From Felis catus (Eukaryota), in contig NC_058373.1 in NCBI RefSeq assembly GCF_018350175.1, positions 108,812,001 through 108,876,000 of the forward strand: a stretch of DNA of 64,000 bases. Reading direction: 5' to 3'. Shown here one piece after another: positions 51,969 to 64,000 of the stretch (position 1 is the stretch's first letter; every line of letters begins with the position of its first letter). Position numbers and translations under genes: made by a program. Under the pieces are notes generated by a model. It ran no database searches and was not told where the DNA came from. It worked only from the letters and a program-made list of their open reading frames with translations.

Positions 51969-52614
51969 TTCAGCAATATTAAAAGTCAAAGTATAAGTAT
52001 AAAATTATTCGCCTTAAACCAAATATGGGGTACCTCTGTCTATTGGAAGGCAAATTGTAGGACTGAATAACTAGCCAGTAATGCTAAAATTTTAGTTGAT
52101 AACTGTATTATTTAGTGATAAGTATATGACCAGATTTTGTAAAATATAAATTCAAGCCACTATCCTGAGAAAGAACATAGGGAAAAATCTATCTTTTCAG
52201 GATATTTAAATAACAGAAAATAGTACAGTCATAGCTCATCTTGGAGGATAAGTTTCTTAGAATTATCCATATGACTGGATACCTAGAAGTAAAATGGTCA
52301 GACTACAAACCCAGGCCTAGACTTCTATTGCATGTGCAAATCAGAATTGATAGAAACTTGTCTTGTATGTGAACTTGACTAAGCTGGGGGAAATATTTGT
52401 CATTTGGAGAGATAGAATTATATATGCCATTTGATACTAACTGAAACCAGGGTCATCAGCACAGCCTTTTAATAAAAGCTGTTCTTTCAAGAGACCAAAT
52501 TAAAAGGAGTCTAAAATGAACATGAAGTCATTAATTTCCCAGAGTAAGATCTCTTATACACAGAATTTAAGAGCCAAGAGAATTAGAAAATTGCCATATT
52601 GACATTTGTGTCTC

Positions 52615-52850
52615 CAGTTTGGACTTTTGAGACTGGATAGTCTTGAGAGAATCTCAAATTCACCACTTCCCAGCTGTATGGCCTTGGGAAAAATTACCTC
52701 ATCTCCTTAAGCCTCAGTTTTTCTCATCTGTACATGAGGTTAATAATCCAGTTTACTTCCATTTCCTCTTTGCCAAGTGTGAGGATTATATGACATAATG
52801 TCAATAAAGATCAGCATATCTACTACATAGTGTGTTATAAATATTAACCC
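52615..52850 (+). mobile_element. MIR
   Basis: ccacttcccagctgtatggccttggg...gcctcagtttttctcatctgta...gtgaggattatatgacataatg. Confidence 0.8.
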
Positions 52851-53044
52851 CCTTGTAATCCTCTTTTACCTCCTTACTTAGAATTCTTTCCCTTGTAAAT
52901 GACAGAAATTAAGGCTGGGATTCATTCAGGATACACAGGTCCAGTGGTACTGGTTTTTTACTATCAGCTTCTCTTCTGACTCGCTGGTATTCTTATTATT
53001 TGGTGATGCTGCTGGAGTAGTAGTGAAATACTTTGAATAGTGCC

Positions 53045-53520
53045 CCTGGCAGAAACCTAATTCAAACTAGCCTAAGCAGAAAAAGAAATGTTTTGACTTT
53101 CATAACAATGCAAGAGAGAAATGGATCTATCACCTGGCAGAGTTGGTTCTGGGGACTCAAATGATATCATCTGGCTCCCTTTCTCTTTCCATCTGTCAGT
53201 TCTGCCTTTTCCTGTATTAGTGGTGAAGATGGCCATTGTTTGCGTCAAACCCAGATAATCACAACATCCGATGTAGTTTAAGAACTATACTGGAATGTAA
53301 AGGTATGTCCAGTTACTTACATATCAATATCAAGACAGAACTCTTACTTGCAGGTTTGATTTATATGCTAATCCCTATAGAGGCTGGAGGGGTGATTGGT
53401 AGAGTATGTTGACTTACAATTCCATTAAAGTCATATGGAATAAAGGGAGGACACTTACGCAAATATTACTAAAGTGGCTTAAGTGATGCTGGGAAGAAAA
53501 AACACAACTAAAATAAACAA
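53045..53520 (-). mobile_element. Old MaLR LTR (MLT1K/L-like)
   Basis: ggcagaaacctaattcaaactagcctaagcagaaaaagaaatgtt...gggactcaaatgatatcatc...aagatggcc. Confidence 0.55.
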
Positions 53521-54071
53521 AATAGATGTTCACAATTCCAGCACATTCCAGAACAGAGGAGTTATTCCTTATAAAAATGTGATCTGGACCATTATTAAAA
53601 CCAGAGAAGACACACCAATTTGCTTTTCTGCCTTGTGATCATATAAATTTTCTACTTAGAATGATACTATCATCTCAAGAATCTATTAGGTCGGGAACAG
53701 AGGTCACAGCGAGTACTGTTTAGTAAACTTCTGAAGAAATAAGGATAAGCATAAGTAATAAACATAAAGACTCACTGGACACTAGGAATTCAAGATTGGA
53801 TGTGAGTGAGGAGTACAATATTAGCTTTTCTAGAATTGTGGCAGAGAATGATGAATTGATCCATATTTCTATTTTTATAAATACTGTATTTAACAACATG
53901 TTTTTAACAGAGAAGAGATAATTAGGAGGCTGGATTGTATCCTTTATTACAGCTTGGTTGCCCCCACCTGCAGAGAAATATGCCTGCTCATGCTACATAG
54001 CATAGAGGGGAAAGTCCACTGAGGGCAACAGGGCTGGAAGGTGATCAACCAGACATCAGAGCACACTTTTA

Positions 54072-54301
54072 TTTTTATTTTTTTTTTAATTTTTTTTTCA
54101 ACGTTTATTTATTTTTGGGACAGAGAGAGACAGAGCATGAACGGGGGAGGGGCAGAGAGAGAGGGAGACACAGAATCGGAAACAGGCTCCAGGCTCTGAG
54201 CCATCAGCCCAGAGCCCGACGCGGGGCTCGAACTGACAGACCGCGAGATCGTGACCTGGCTGAAGTCGGACGCTTAACCAACTGCGCCACCCAGGCGCCC
54301 C
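54072..54301 (-). mobile_element. Young SINEC_Fc
   Basis: Near-consensus; exact 15-bp TSD cagagcacactttta at 54057-54071 and 54302-54316. Confidence 0.98.
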
Positions 54302-54668
54302 CAGAGCACACTTTTAAAGTGACCTAATGTCCTACCAATGCCTTGTAGTCAGAAGCAAGTCAGAGGTAAGTCACAGTAGACAGGTGGCCAACAGATAAAC
54401 ATTGTGGCATACATTTTAGCCAACATAAGAGAAAAATAAGACGTTAGTATCATTAAAAATATCTTTAGAGACTTTTATCTCCCTGACAATTTGATAGTTT
54501 ATAAGATGATGTAGGGTCCCATAAGGATGGAGCAGTAATGAATACACACTGAGAAATAGGAGAAACAATGGTCTGGTCTCACTAACCCCACAAGTTCCCA
54601 AAACACCTCCTTTTCTTCTCAGTGCTCCAGGTACTATCTAAATGCAGCATTTGAATAGTAACCCCAAC

Positions 54669-54885
54669 GGGGGCGCCTGAGTGGCTCAGTTAAGCATCTG
54701 ACTTTGGCTCATGTCATGATCTCACTGTTCATGAGTTTAAGCCCCACATCAGGCTCTGGGCTGCCAGCTCAGAGCCTGGAGCCTGCTTCAGATCTGTATC
54801 TCCCTTTCTCTCTCTCTCTCTGCCCCTCCCCCACTTGTGCTCTGTGTGTGTCTCTCTCCCTCAAAGTAAACAAACATTTAAAAAA
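54669..54885 (+). mobile_element. Can-SINE
   Basis: 18-bp TSD ttgaatagtaa(c/t)cccaac at 54651-54668 and 54886-54903. Confidence 0.95.
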
Positions 54886-55384
54886 TTGAATAGTAATCCC
54901 AACAAAGTCTTAATACATAAGGTTACAAAATACATTTCAGTATATAATATTTTCAACATTGAATATGTTCTACTTTATATTGTTCAAGAGTTAAGCTTCT
55001 TTTCCTAACTAGACCATAAATTCTTTTGTGGAAATAGATTGTTTCATTTGCATGTGTTTTTGTGCACCAGACCAACCAACAGTATATGATTTCCCTAATG
55101 GTTTCTTTAAGAATGCCCATTGAATTAAAGTTACATAAATGTTATTGAAGGATTAATGCTATTGGTAAGTTGTAAGGAAATAATATAGATGCCAGAAACA
55201 TCATATGAATATTAATATAATAGAGACTTGAGAAGGAAACCATGACATGTACTAAAATTATTATTTCTCCTGGATAAGAAGCATTTGCCTATCTAACATC
55301 GGCTTATTTACTAGGAATAAGTATCACAATACTAGATCATAATTAATATGACCAGCAGAACTGAACTTGTATATGTGGGTCTAT

Positions 55385-55585
55385 TTTCTTTTCTTTTTTT
55401 TTAAATGAGAAATTTATTGTCATATTGGCTTCCATACAACACCCAATGCTCCTCCCAACAGGTGCCCTCCTCAATGCCCACCACTCACCCACCCCTCCCT
55501 CCCACTCCCCATCGACCCTCAGTTTATTCTCAGTTTTTAAGAGTCTCTTGTGGTTTGGCTCTCTCCCTCTCTAACTTTTTTTCCC
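55385..55585 (-). mobile_element. Cat-type L1 3' UTR tip
   Basis: aatttattgtcatattggcttccatacaacacccaatgctc...ctcagtttttaagagtctc. Confidence 0.9.
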
Positions 55586-56879
55586 TAAAGATCATTTTTA
55601 TGGCCAATGAAATTAGGCAGTGACAGACAACCCAAAAGTTATACTCATTTAAAAATTCAGAAAAAGAGTGGAAACCAGAACTTCTGCTCTTTAATTGCTA
55701 ATTATTACAATGTTAAACCTTAATGAATTACTGGCAAACCTAATATTGATTTAAAGTTCCCATTTATTATACCACTATTTCTATTAGGAAGAACATAACA
55801 CACTCAAATCTGTTTTAGTATTACAATGAAGAATTATATTTGGTCAGAATCCAACAGAATATAAAATATTTCTAACATTTTCCTTGCTATTAAAATGTGT
55901 GTACCCTGAAGTGAGCAAGAAATGGAAACTGAATTATGGAAGATGTATAACATGTGAAAATATTTGCCTTGGTAGAATATTGTTTTACATCTCCCTCTTA
56001 AAGTATGTGAAAAAGTATAATAAAAAATACAGGAATCAATGAAGTTATTTTATTATAATTTCACTGATTGTGGGTTTGGGCTTTTCTGGTACTCAGAGAA
56101 AAAGAAAAACAAAGGAAAAATAATTCTGATGTGCCGCAGTATAGTTGCATAATTGTGTACTGGTGCCGTTTCATGGGTTTACAGCATCCACATCACAGAA
56201 ACCATAGCAACAGCAACAACCTCCTCTCTAGCACTGAAATTGCAATTCCCTCGTGCCATGACTCTGTTCAAACCAATGTGAGAGAATTCATCTTATTTTT
56301 GAAAAAGATACATAAACATTTTAAATAACCCACAGACTGGAGGATGTTAATATCCCTCCTTAGGACTTCACTTAGTGTTAATCCATGGTACCTGTGTTCG
56401 GAGACTCATCAGACGCAGACTGTGGTGTGTACCCATTACACCACCTCCCCAAGTTCCACCCATCCCTCTAGGTCCTGAAACCAGGCAGTAGGTAGAGTAG
56501 CAGGGGTAACAATGTTGTTCATGTGTGAGATGTTTATTACCGCCATCATGGGTAGCAGTATTCTTTTATTGCCTTTTGAGTTTGCAAATCTCCCTGTCCT
56601 CAAACTGGCTGTCATCAAAGGAGCATGGTTGCAAGAGAGATGGGAAGAAAGAGTTTAAACAAAAGATTACACTTGAGAAGGCCCCCAGAGTTTAAATTCA
56701 TCATAAGTAGCCAAATGCATAGAGTTTCATGAATTCTTAATATGGGTTAACTGTTTGATTATAAATGGAAGGTCTCAGGGAGTCTTCCCTGGGGGAAGTA
56801 GGTTCACTCCCAAGTTTAAGGGCCTATAAAAATATAAAGATTTTTTTTAATAACATGGTTTTTATATTGTTCCCTTTGT

Positions 56880-57180
56880 CTGGAAAGTCTGCCTCTTACA
56901 ATTCTCCCTGGCCTGTCACTCAACACCCCACCCTAATCACACGTTCATCCCTTGATATTTACCAGGTGCTGTCTCCTCCATGTAACTGTCCTTGACTCCA
57001 CCTAACTTTGCCTATGTGTCCTTCCATTTGTACAGACTTTATAAGTATATAATTAACTTATTCTATACATCTTTCTCCCAATTAGACTGAAAGCTCCTTT
57101 AGCGTAACAGTGTTGTTTGCATCCTTTTTGCCCCTGTCCTGAGCTAATCAGAGCCCTCAAATTACAAATTTTGTTAGAGA
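56880..57180 (+). mobile_element. L2 3' region
   Basis: ttctcccaattagactgaaagctcctt...aaattttgttaga. Confidence 0.5.
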
Positions 57181-57191
57181 TGGGACTAGAA

Positions 57192-57345
57192 CTATGGTTC
57201 TCAAATACCTGTTCTCAGTTTAGTGCTGGATTGAGAGGAATTACTTAGAGAGATTTTTAGAAAGACAGATTTCTGGGCCCTATCTTTAGATATTCGAGTT
57301 TAGAAGGTTCAAAGTATGTATAGAATTATGTAGTTTTAAAAGATA
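57192..57345. mobile_element. MER5-like hAT-Charlie MITE
   Basis: ctatggttctcaaa...gaattacttagagagatttttagaaagacagatttctgggcccta. Confidence 0.55.
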
Positions 57346-57654
57346 TCTCAGCTTTTAGTCCCTTTGAAATTATATTGGTGGAACAGATGTCCTGAAGATT
57401 CCTGTCCTGGATATCCCACATTCAAACTCAAAATTAAATCTATATTTAGCTTAAGTTAAGCTGTGAGGGAGGTTGAGTAAGGGGAACTATTCTGGAAATC
57501 CACAATCCCCTGATCTCCTAGACTTCCTTCTTCTCCCCTGAAATAGTTCAGAACAAGAAGATCTAGAGAAGTTATGGATGTGACAGGGACTTAACTCTTT
57601 CCCAAAATGTTTTCATTGTCAGTTCATATTTCTAACTTTAAGATTCCTATTTTA

Positions 57655-57819
57655 GGGGCGCCTGGGTGGCTCAGTCGGTTAAGCATCCGACTTCAGCTCA
57701 GGTCATGATCTCACAGTTTGTGAGTTCAAGCCCCACATCGGGTTTTGTGCTGGCAGCTCGGAGCCTGAAGCCTGCTTCGGATTCTGTGTCTCCCTCTCTC
57801 TGTTCCTCCCCTACTCACA

Positions 57820-57863
<44 letters not shown>

Positions 57864-57889
57864 AATAAAGATTTAAAAAAATTTTTTTA
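57655..57889 (+). mobile_element. Can-SINE
   Basis: Exact 15-bp TSD aagattcctatttta at 57640-57654 and 57890-57904. Confidence 0.97.
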
Positions 57890-58089
57890 AAGATTCCTAT
57901 TTTAAAAATTCCTAAATCAAATGGGATATTTTGATTTTAATGTCTAAATATGCCTTTTTAAACTTTACTTAATCATATAGTATCTTCCTGTTTAAAATTT
58001 AATCACATTTATCTCTAATCTTATTATTAAAATTAAGACTTTTCACTGACACAAGTAAAATTTTCTAGGAGTCATCTATCCTAACACAG

Positions 58090-59300
58090 TCTTACCTGGG
58101 ATCATTTTCTTTCTGCCCTAAATATTTTTAGTTGGGTCTGCTGATGACATACTCTCAGCTGTTTGTTGGTTTTGGTTTTGGTCTGCAATTATCTTTATTT
58201 CACCTTATTCTTTAAATGTATATGCACTGGGTAGAGAATTCTAGTTTATCAGTTACTTTCTACTAGCTTGAAGGTATTTTTTCTATTGTCTTCTAGCTTC
58301 CAGTGGTAGTAGAAATAAATTAGTTGCCTGTCACGTCTTTGATGGTAACTTTTCTTCTGATTGCTTTTAAGATTCTTACTGTCTTTGGATTAATTCAATG
58401 AGAAGTTTTACTTTAATATGTCTTTGTGTACTTTGTGCACACATGCATGTACACACATACTATCTGTTTGAAAATATATCCTCCTTGAATCTATGAATTG
58501 ATGAATCTGTGAATTCCTAGCTGTTACCTCTTCTTCAAATGTTTCCATATTCTCTCTTCTCATCTGCTGGAACTCCAATTAAGTGTATTTTAGACATTTT
58601 AACTGTATTGTGTATGTCACAATACAGTTGCATTTGTGCATCTTGCAATAAAGATGCATTTTTCATCTTTCAGTACTTAGTTGTGAATACTTTCTTTCAA
58701 AATACCTGCTGTTTTAAATCCCTTAATTCATTCTTTTTAAAAAAATTTTTGAAATGTTTATTTTTGAGAGAGAGAGAAACACAGAGCATGAGCAGGGGAG
58801 GGGCAGAGAGAGAGAGGGAGATACAGAATCTGAAACAGACTCCACGCTCTGAACTGTCAGCACAGAGGCCGATGTGGGGCTCAAGCTCACAAACCATGAG
58901 ATCATGACCTGAGCCGAAGCCAATGCCTAACCGACTGAGCCACCCAGGTGCCCCAATCCATTAATTCATTCTCAATTTCAGTTATTTGTTTCTACTTGGT
59001 GCTTTTTAAATGCTTTAACATTACTTATAATAGTTTCCAGTTCCTTTCTGACTTTTTTCAAGTATGACTTTTATCTCAGAAATAAACAGAAGTGCTGTTT
59101 TCAATCTGTATCTGATCATTCTAGTATCTGAGGTCCCTAGGTATATGCTTCTCTTGTTTCTAGATCATTTTGTTTTGTCACCAGGTATGATTTATAGTGT
59201 TTTCTTAATATATTACTAGAAACATGCTTTCAGAAATAATTTCAAATCTAGGATGATGCTAGGCCCTTTGAAGGAGGATATTGCCTATTTTTTGTAGGGC
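58090..59300 (-). mobile_element. Old L1/HAL1 ORF1-region remnant
   Basis: tctttatttcaccttattcttta...ctgggtagagaattctag...tctgctggaactccaattaagtgtattttagac. Confidence 0.6.
58735..58954 (-). mobile_element. Can-SINE
   Basis: 18-bp TSD aatcc(c/a)ttaattcattct at 58717-58734 and 58955-58972. Confidence 0.96.
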
Positions 59301-61493
59301 ATCTGAGGGCAGTAGCAATCTTAAGACTAAGGGTTAAGAAATTTCTGATTCAGCTAGATAACTAGCCATAGCTTAGTCTGTACCACCATTTTAGAAAACT
59401 TCTCTCTAGTCTGGAACAGGACTGTTACACTGGGACTTCTGTCTTTGGTGCATGCCAGACTCTAAACCCCATTTCTTCTACTTCACAAAACACCAAAATA
59501 TTTAACCTCTCAGCAACATTCTAAATTTTGGAATATGGTCTCAGGGCAAAGTGTTATACATGAAAATTCTTCTTCCTCTCCTGTCTCCCATAAACTCAGT
59601 ACTCAGACCCAGACACCCTACATCTCTCTTGCCCGTCTCCAGAACCTGTCTCTGAGCTGCCTTTTCTGAATGAGCATTTGCCCCTGAGGCAAAAAGTTCT
59701 GGCTCACCACTGAAATGTAGTTCTATTCCTATATTAGCCTGGCAATTTTTTTTTTGGTTTCTTATTAGGTCTTTCCACTTCTTAGAAGTTGATTTTTGTC
59801 AATCGTTTTTAGCTGTCATTACTGGGAAAATTGACCCTATGCACCAGGACTGTCATGACTGGGTGCTTTGATGATGTGTTATTATTAATGGTTATTTTCA
59901 TTTTATATTCGTTCATGGCTATTATTTCCCTATTTTTTCTGGTTTGTTACACATTTCATTTTTCATTTAATTTAAAATTTATAAGTTTTCCATTGCATTA
60001 ATTATTTCTTTTTCTCAATACTCCTTATCAAACATATATTTCTTTACTATTATATGAAATCAATGTTTTCAAAACATCCACAACCAATATACTTCTGTTA
60101 ATAAATTGCAACTTTTAAATATTTTTACTTTTTCTATTTTCCTCCTCTCTGACATGGATAAGATCTTTAGGATTGTTTTTACTTGATCTCTCTTATCCAA
60201 ACACCTCTCTCTCCCTACCTCTCTCTCTGTCTCTCCCAAATGCTAAGTTTTGCAGATATAGCTGAGTTATAATAAGAATATTTCATCTATAGGCCCCCTT
60301 ATACTTAAACATTAGTTATTTAGCATTTAAGTAACAGATTCCTAGATAGTTTACTTTAATATATAATGTATGACTTGAACTTGATATGCATTGCAATGTT
60401 CTTTGCTCAACACTTCCTTCTTTGAGATCTCTGCACTGACCCATATGTTGCCTCTCAAGAATTTTGTTCAGATGAGTTAAGTGGCTGGATGGATTCTTTC
60501 AATGCTGTCATATTCTGTGAATATTCTGCTTTCACACTGGCCTATTCATTCTAACATGTTTGGGGCTGGAAATAAGTACTTGTTTAAATCCTAAATACTA
60601 AACATCCACTGTAAGTATAGTAAAGTTCTAAGTGTCAGACTAATTATACAATCTTATTTCTTGAAAATTAACTTTGAAGGTTTAAATGTGTTGCAGCAGG
60701 GGTGGGAGTAGTTGTGTGACATTCAGAGAATATATGTTAAAGTGGCAAACAACCTACTATTAACTGGAAATCTGATGCCCTGTGATTATTTTACCTTTGT
60801 AAGTAACATTTTTATCTGTAAGTTTGTTGGGTTTTCTTTTTGTCCTTAGAATTTGGGAATTGTATTGGACTGTGTTCTTGATCTTATACTCTCTGGCTGT
60901 TGTTCTCTCTTAGAAGTGTTGTAATTTTGTTTGCCCACTCATTGTGTCTGGTACTGGACGCATCCTGGAGAATGGAGGATAGTTTCAGAGTCTCTGCCAA
61001 TCTGGATCCATGGGATGGCTCTCTGCTTTATAATCTTTTGCTCTCTCTAAGTCTCAAAGATAGAAATAACTCAGCTGATATCATTTCAGTTCATTCTCCT
61101 TTCCTAGAGACCAAGATCAGGCATATTTATGAGGTGTCCCTCCCCGAAGGTTAGTGGGTTGTCCATATATCTCCAAGATCCATGATCATGGGTTCTTCCC
61201 CAGCAATTGTCTACCCCAGAGAGTAGATAGATCTACAGTAATTCTCCTCCTGCCTTCATCACCTGTCATCTCATGCTGCCTCATGGTGCTCATTTACTCA
61301 GAAGTAGATGTGTGGGATTTAGAGTTGGGAGTAGAAAAGACAGAAAATGATTCAGTCCTTTGCTAAGATACCAATTATGTATTATTTTGCAAATCTTATT
61401 GAATTCAGATAACATTAGGATTTTTGCATTTATGTATTTAAGTAAAACACATACTTCTATTTTATTTGTTTTGGGGATCAGAGTTTATCAGCC

Positions 61494-62105
61494 TGTATTA
61501 GTTCCTATTGCTGCATGAACTTGGAGGTGTAAAACATTTATTATATCATAGTACCCATGGGTCAAATACCCAGCATGTTTTAGCTGGGACTTCTGTAATA
61601 CTTCACAGTATTGAAATGAAAGTGTTGACCAGCTGCACCCTCATCTGGAGGCAAGCTAGGGGAAGATCTACTTCCTAGCTCCCAAAGTTGTGGGCAAGGT
61701 TCATGTTGCTGGTTGCAAAGTGAGGTCCCTGTTTGTTTTCTCACTTGCTGTTAGCCTGGAAGGTCATCCCTGGTAGACTCCTGGAAGCCACCCTAATGTA
61801 CTAACCACATGGCTGTCTCAAAGCACTGCAACTTACTTCATCAAAACCAGCAGGGGAATCTCTCTTTTGAATACTTACCTGATTAGGTTGGGCCTACCAG
61901 GGATAATCTTTCTTGGATTAACTCAAAGTCAACTGATTAGGGACTTCAATTAATTATGAAAAACTCTTTGATCTTTGCCATATAATGTAACCTAATCAAG
62001 GGAGTGACTGCCCTGTCCTATTAACAATGCTATTCACACTCAGAGGGAGAGAATTATGTAAGGGGTAGGAATCTTCGGGAACTTCTCGGAATTCTGCCTA
62101 CCCCA
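61494..62105 (-). mobile_element. MLT1E-like solo LTR
   Basis: tgtattagttcctattgctgc start, gattaactcaaagtcaactgattagggac, gaattctgcctacccca end; 5-bp TSD cagcc / tagcc. Confidence 0.85.
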
Positions 62106-62199
62106 TAGCCTCATATATACTTTGATTTCCTTCTTTTTTGTATTTCAGAAACAACCTGAAATTTTATAATATCTATTTTTTAAAACGAAGTTTATTTCA

Positions 62200-62900
62200 G
62201 AGGTTTTTGCTTGTGTTTTAAGCTTTCAGACATATGAGATGTTTTTATTATCATTTTGTTACATTGATTTTTAATTTAACTGCATTATGATGATTTATCA
62301 ATCTGTATGATATTGACCTTAAGGTATTTATTAACAATGTTTCTTTGTGGTCTAATATTTGGTCATTTTCAAAGAATATTCCATATATGTTCAAAGAGAT
62401 TGAAGATTTTTTGTTTTGTCCTATTATATTTTGTATGTATATAAAGTGAAAAAATAGACCTATGCTAAATGAAACCACTGACTGGTAACAGTTAATTTGC
62501 TATCACAGCAGAGCCTGGGTAATACTGTATAACATGGGGGAGTTTACTTATTTAGAACACAGTAAATTTCACTGAGTTATTTATTTAGCTTCCTTCTAAT
62601 GCATCTCAGAGTCTGTTCGTAGATTTACTTCTCCCTTCCTGGAGAGCTGCCACTAAATGTCTGCAAAGAGGACTCTTCTTGTGAAGTAAAAATTTTAAGG
62701 CCTTATTTGTCTGAGAGTAGTATCTCTTACATATAAATTACTGCTTGTCTGGATGGATAGATGTCATCTCAAACTTATTTTACTTTGGCACTCTGAAAAT
62801 ATTATTCCATGGTCTTCTTGTTGTCTGTGTTACTCTTGGGTTGTATAGAAGTATTTTTCCCCTTTTTAATTTACAATAATGTGATTAGGTATATTACTAA
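62200..62900 (-). mobile_element. Old L1M fragments
   Basis: attgatttttaatttaactgcattatga...tttggtcattttcaaagaatattccatatatg; the minus-strand translation includes ILDHKETL, which is endonuclease-region-like. Confidence 0.55.
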
Positions 62901-63791
62901 GTGTTGTTATACAATACTGTGTTATAGGATGTCTGTGTGAAATGCCCAAAAGTTAATTTGGGAGGTTGAATCTTTCATTCAGACATGACATCCAAGTAGT
63001 ATATGTAAAATTCTGTAACTCTTAGACTTTATAAGGGAACCAGGTAGTGGGAGACTAGTACCAAGGACAGCTCCTGGGGGAACCCATACCTTTATAGGGT
63101 GGCTCAAACACTTCCAATGAGAAAGGAAATCGTATTCAAATAAAAATATGATGACTGATAAGTATATGAATTAGTATTTCTCCTATTTTGTGGCTTGTGA
63201 ATTTTAAAGCACAAAGCCACTAGTGCTCAAGAGAGTTTTTATCTTGCTGTCATTATCCTTAATCTATTTTGTTAATATTTACTTTATTCATTGAGGCTTA
63301 TTCCTTAATGTTTAAAGTCAGATGAGGATGTGGGGAAGGGTAGACCTACAAGACTGGTGGATGGCAATGTCTTAGACATAGACTGTAAAATACCCTGATT
63401 GTAAAATATGAGCAGCAGGGTCCGACCCAGGAGGACACAACTGACAAGAATGAGAAAAGGGCTCCTTAGCTTTCTGAGTAAGGACCCAGTCCCATTTGGG
63501 AGCTGAATTAAGAAACTGAGACCAGGGATAGAGAATAATCTCATGCAGGAAGATTAATTATGGATAAAGCCAGCTTTGTAAATGGAGATCTCTTTTAACC
63601 TCTAACATGATGGATCTAGAACTAAAGACAACTGTCCTTTCAGACTTACTAGTGAGAATGGAATGTCTTCTAGACAATAAAGACCCATTCTCTGTACCTT
63701 GTTTTATAAATTGAATTATTCCTTTTCCCCCAAATAATAAAGATTTTAATCCCTAGCACCTCAAAATGTGACCTTAATTAGATGGAGAATT

Positions 63792-63996
63792 GGGGCGCCT
63801 GGGTGGCTCAGTTGGTTAAGCATCCAACTTCGGCTCAGGTCACGATCTCGCGGTCCGGGAGTTCGAGCCCCGCATCGGGCTCTGTGCTAACTGCTCAGAG
63901 CCTGGAGCCTGTTTCAGATTCTGTGTCTCCCTCTCTCTCTGACCCTCCCCCGTTCATGCTCTGTCTCTCTGTGTCTCAAAAATAAATAAACGTTAT
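63792..63996 (+). mobile_element. Can-SINE (SINEC_Fc-type) at the window end
   Basis: Full head, body and aaaataaataaacgtt tail. The final gggg may start another SINE. Confidence 0.95.
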
Positions 63997-64000
63997 GGGG

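Noticed and set aside
56391..56474. Possible minus-strand exon (ctgcctggtttcag| ... cag|gtacca)
   Set aside because: The donor is weak and the peptide is unrecognisable.
58539..58907. Longest ORF in the track (122 aa)
   Set aside because: It runs through an antisense old L1 and into a SINE; there is no coding signature.

Overview
This is AT-rich, CpG-poor mammalian DNA from a cat-family (Felidae) genome, identified by the many felid Can-SINEs (SINEC_Fc type) and carnivore/cat L1 3' UTRs. It reads as a long intron or intergenic stretch. I see no recognisable protein-coding gene, RNA gene or CpG island. The ORF-track entries I could trace come from SINEs, L1 fragments or microsatellites; the rest are short and have no recognisable product. 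Most of the window is layered transposon debris: about 17 Can-SINEs (many with readable target-site duplications, TSDs), young and old L1 pieces, MIR, L2, L3, MaLR/ERVL LTRs, a decayed ERVL pol segment and hAT-type MITEs. The most interesting points are mechanistic: a twin-primed inverted L1, two SINEs inserted one after the other into the same site, L1s with large internal deletions still bounded by TSDs, possible micro 3' transductions and a GGAA/GGGA tract grown in a SINE tail. Repeat-poor islands carry candidate exons, polypyrimidine-CAG|GTAA (recursive-splice-like) motifs and enhancer-like motif clusters. Repeat family names come from recalled consensus sequences, not a search, and boundaries of old elements are approximate. 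I found no convincing novel biological system; the splice and regulatory items are hypotheses.
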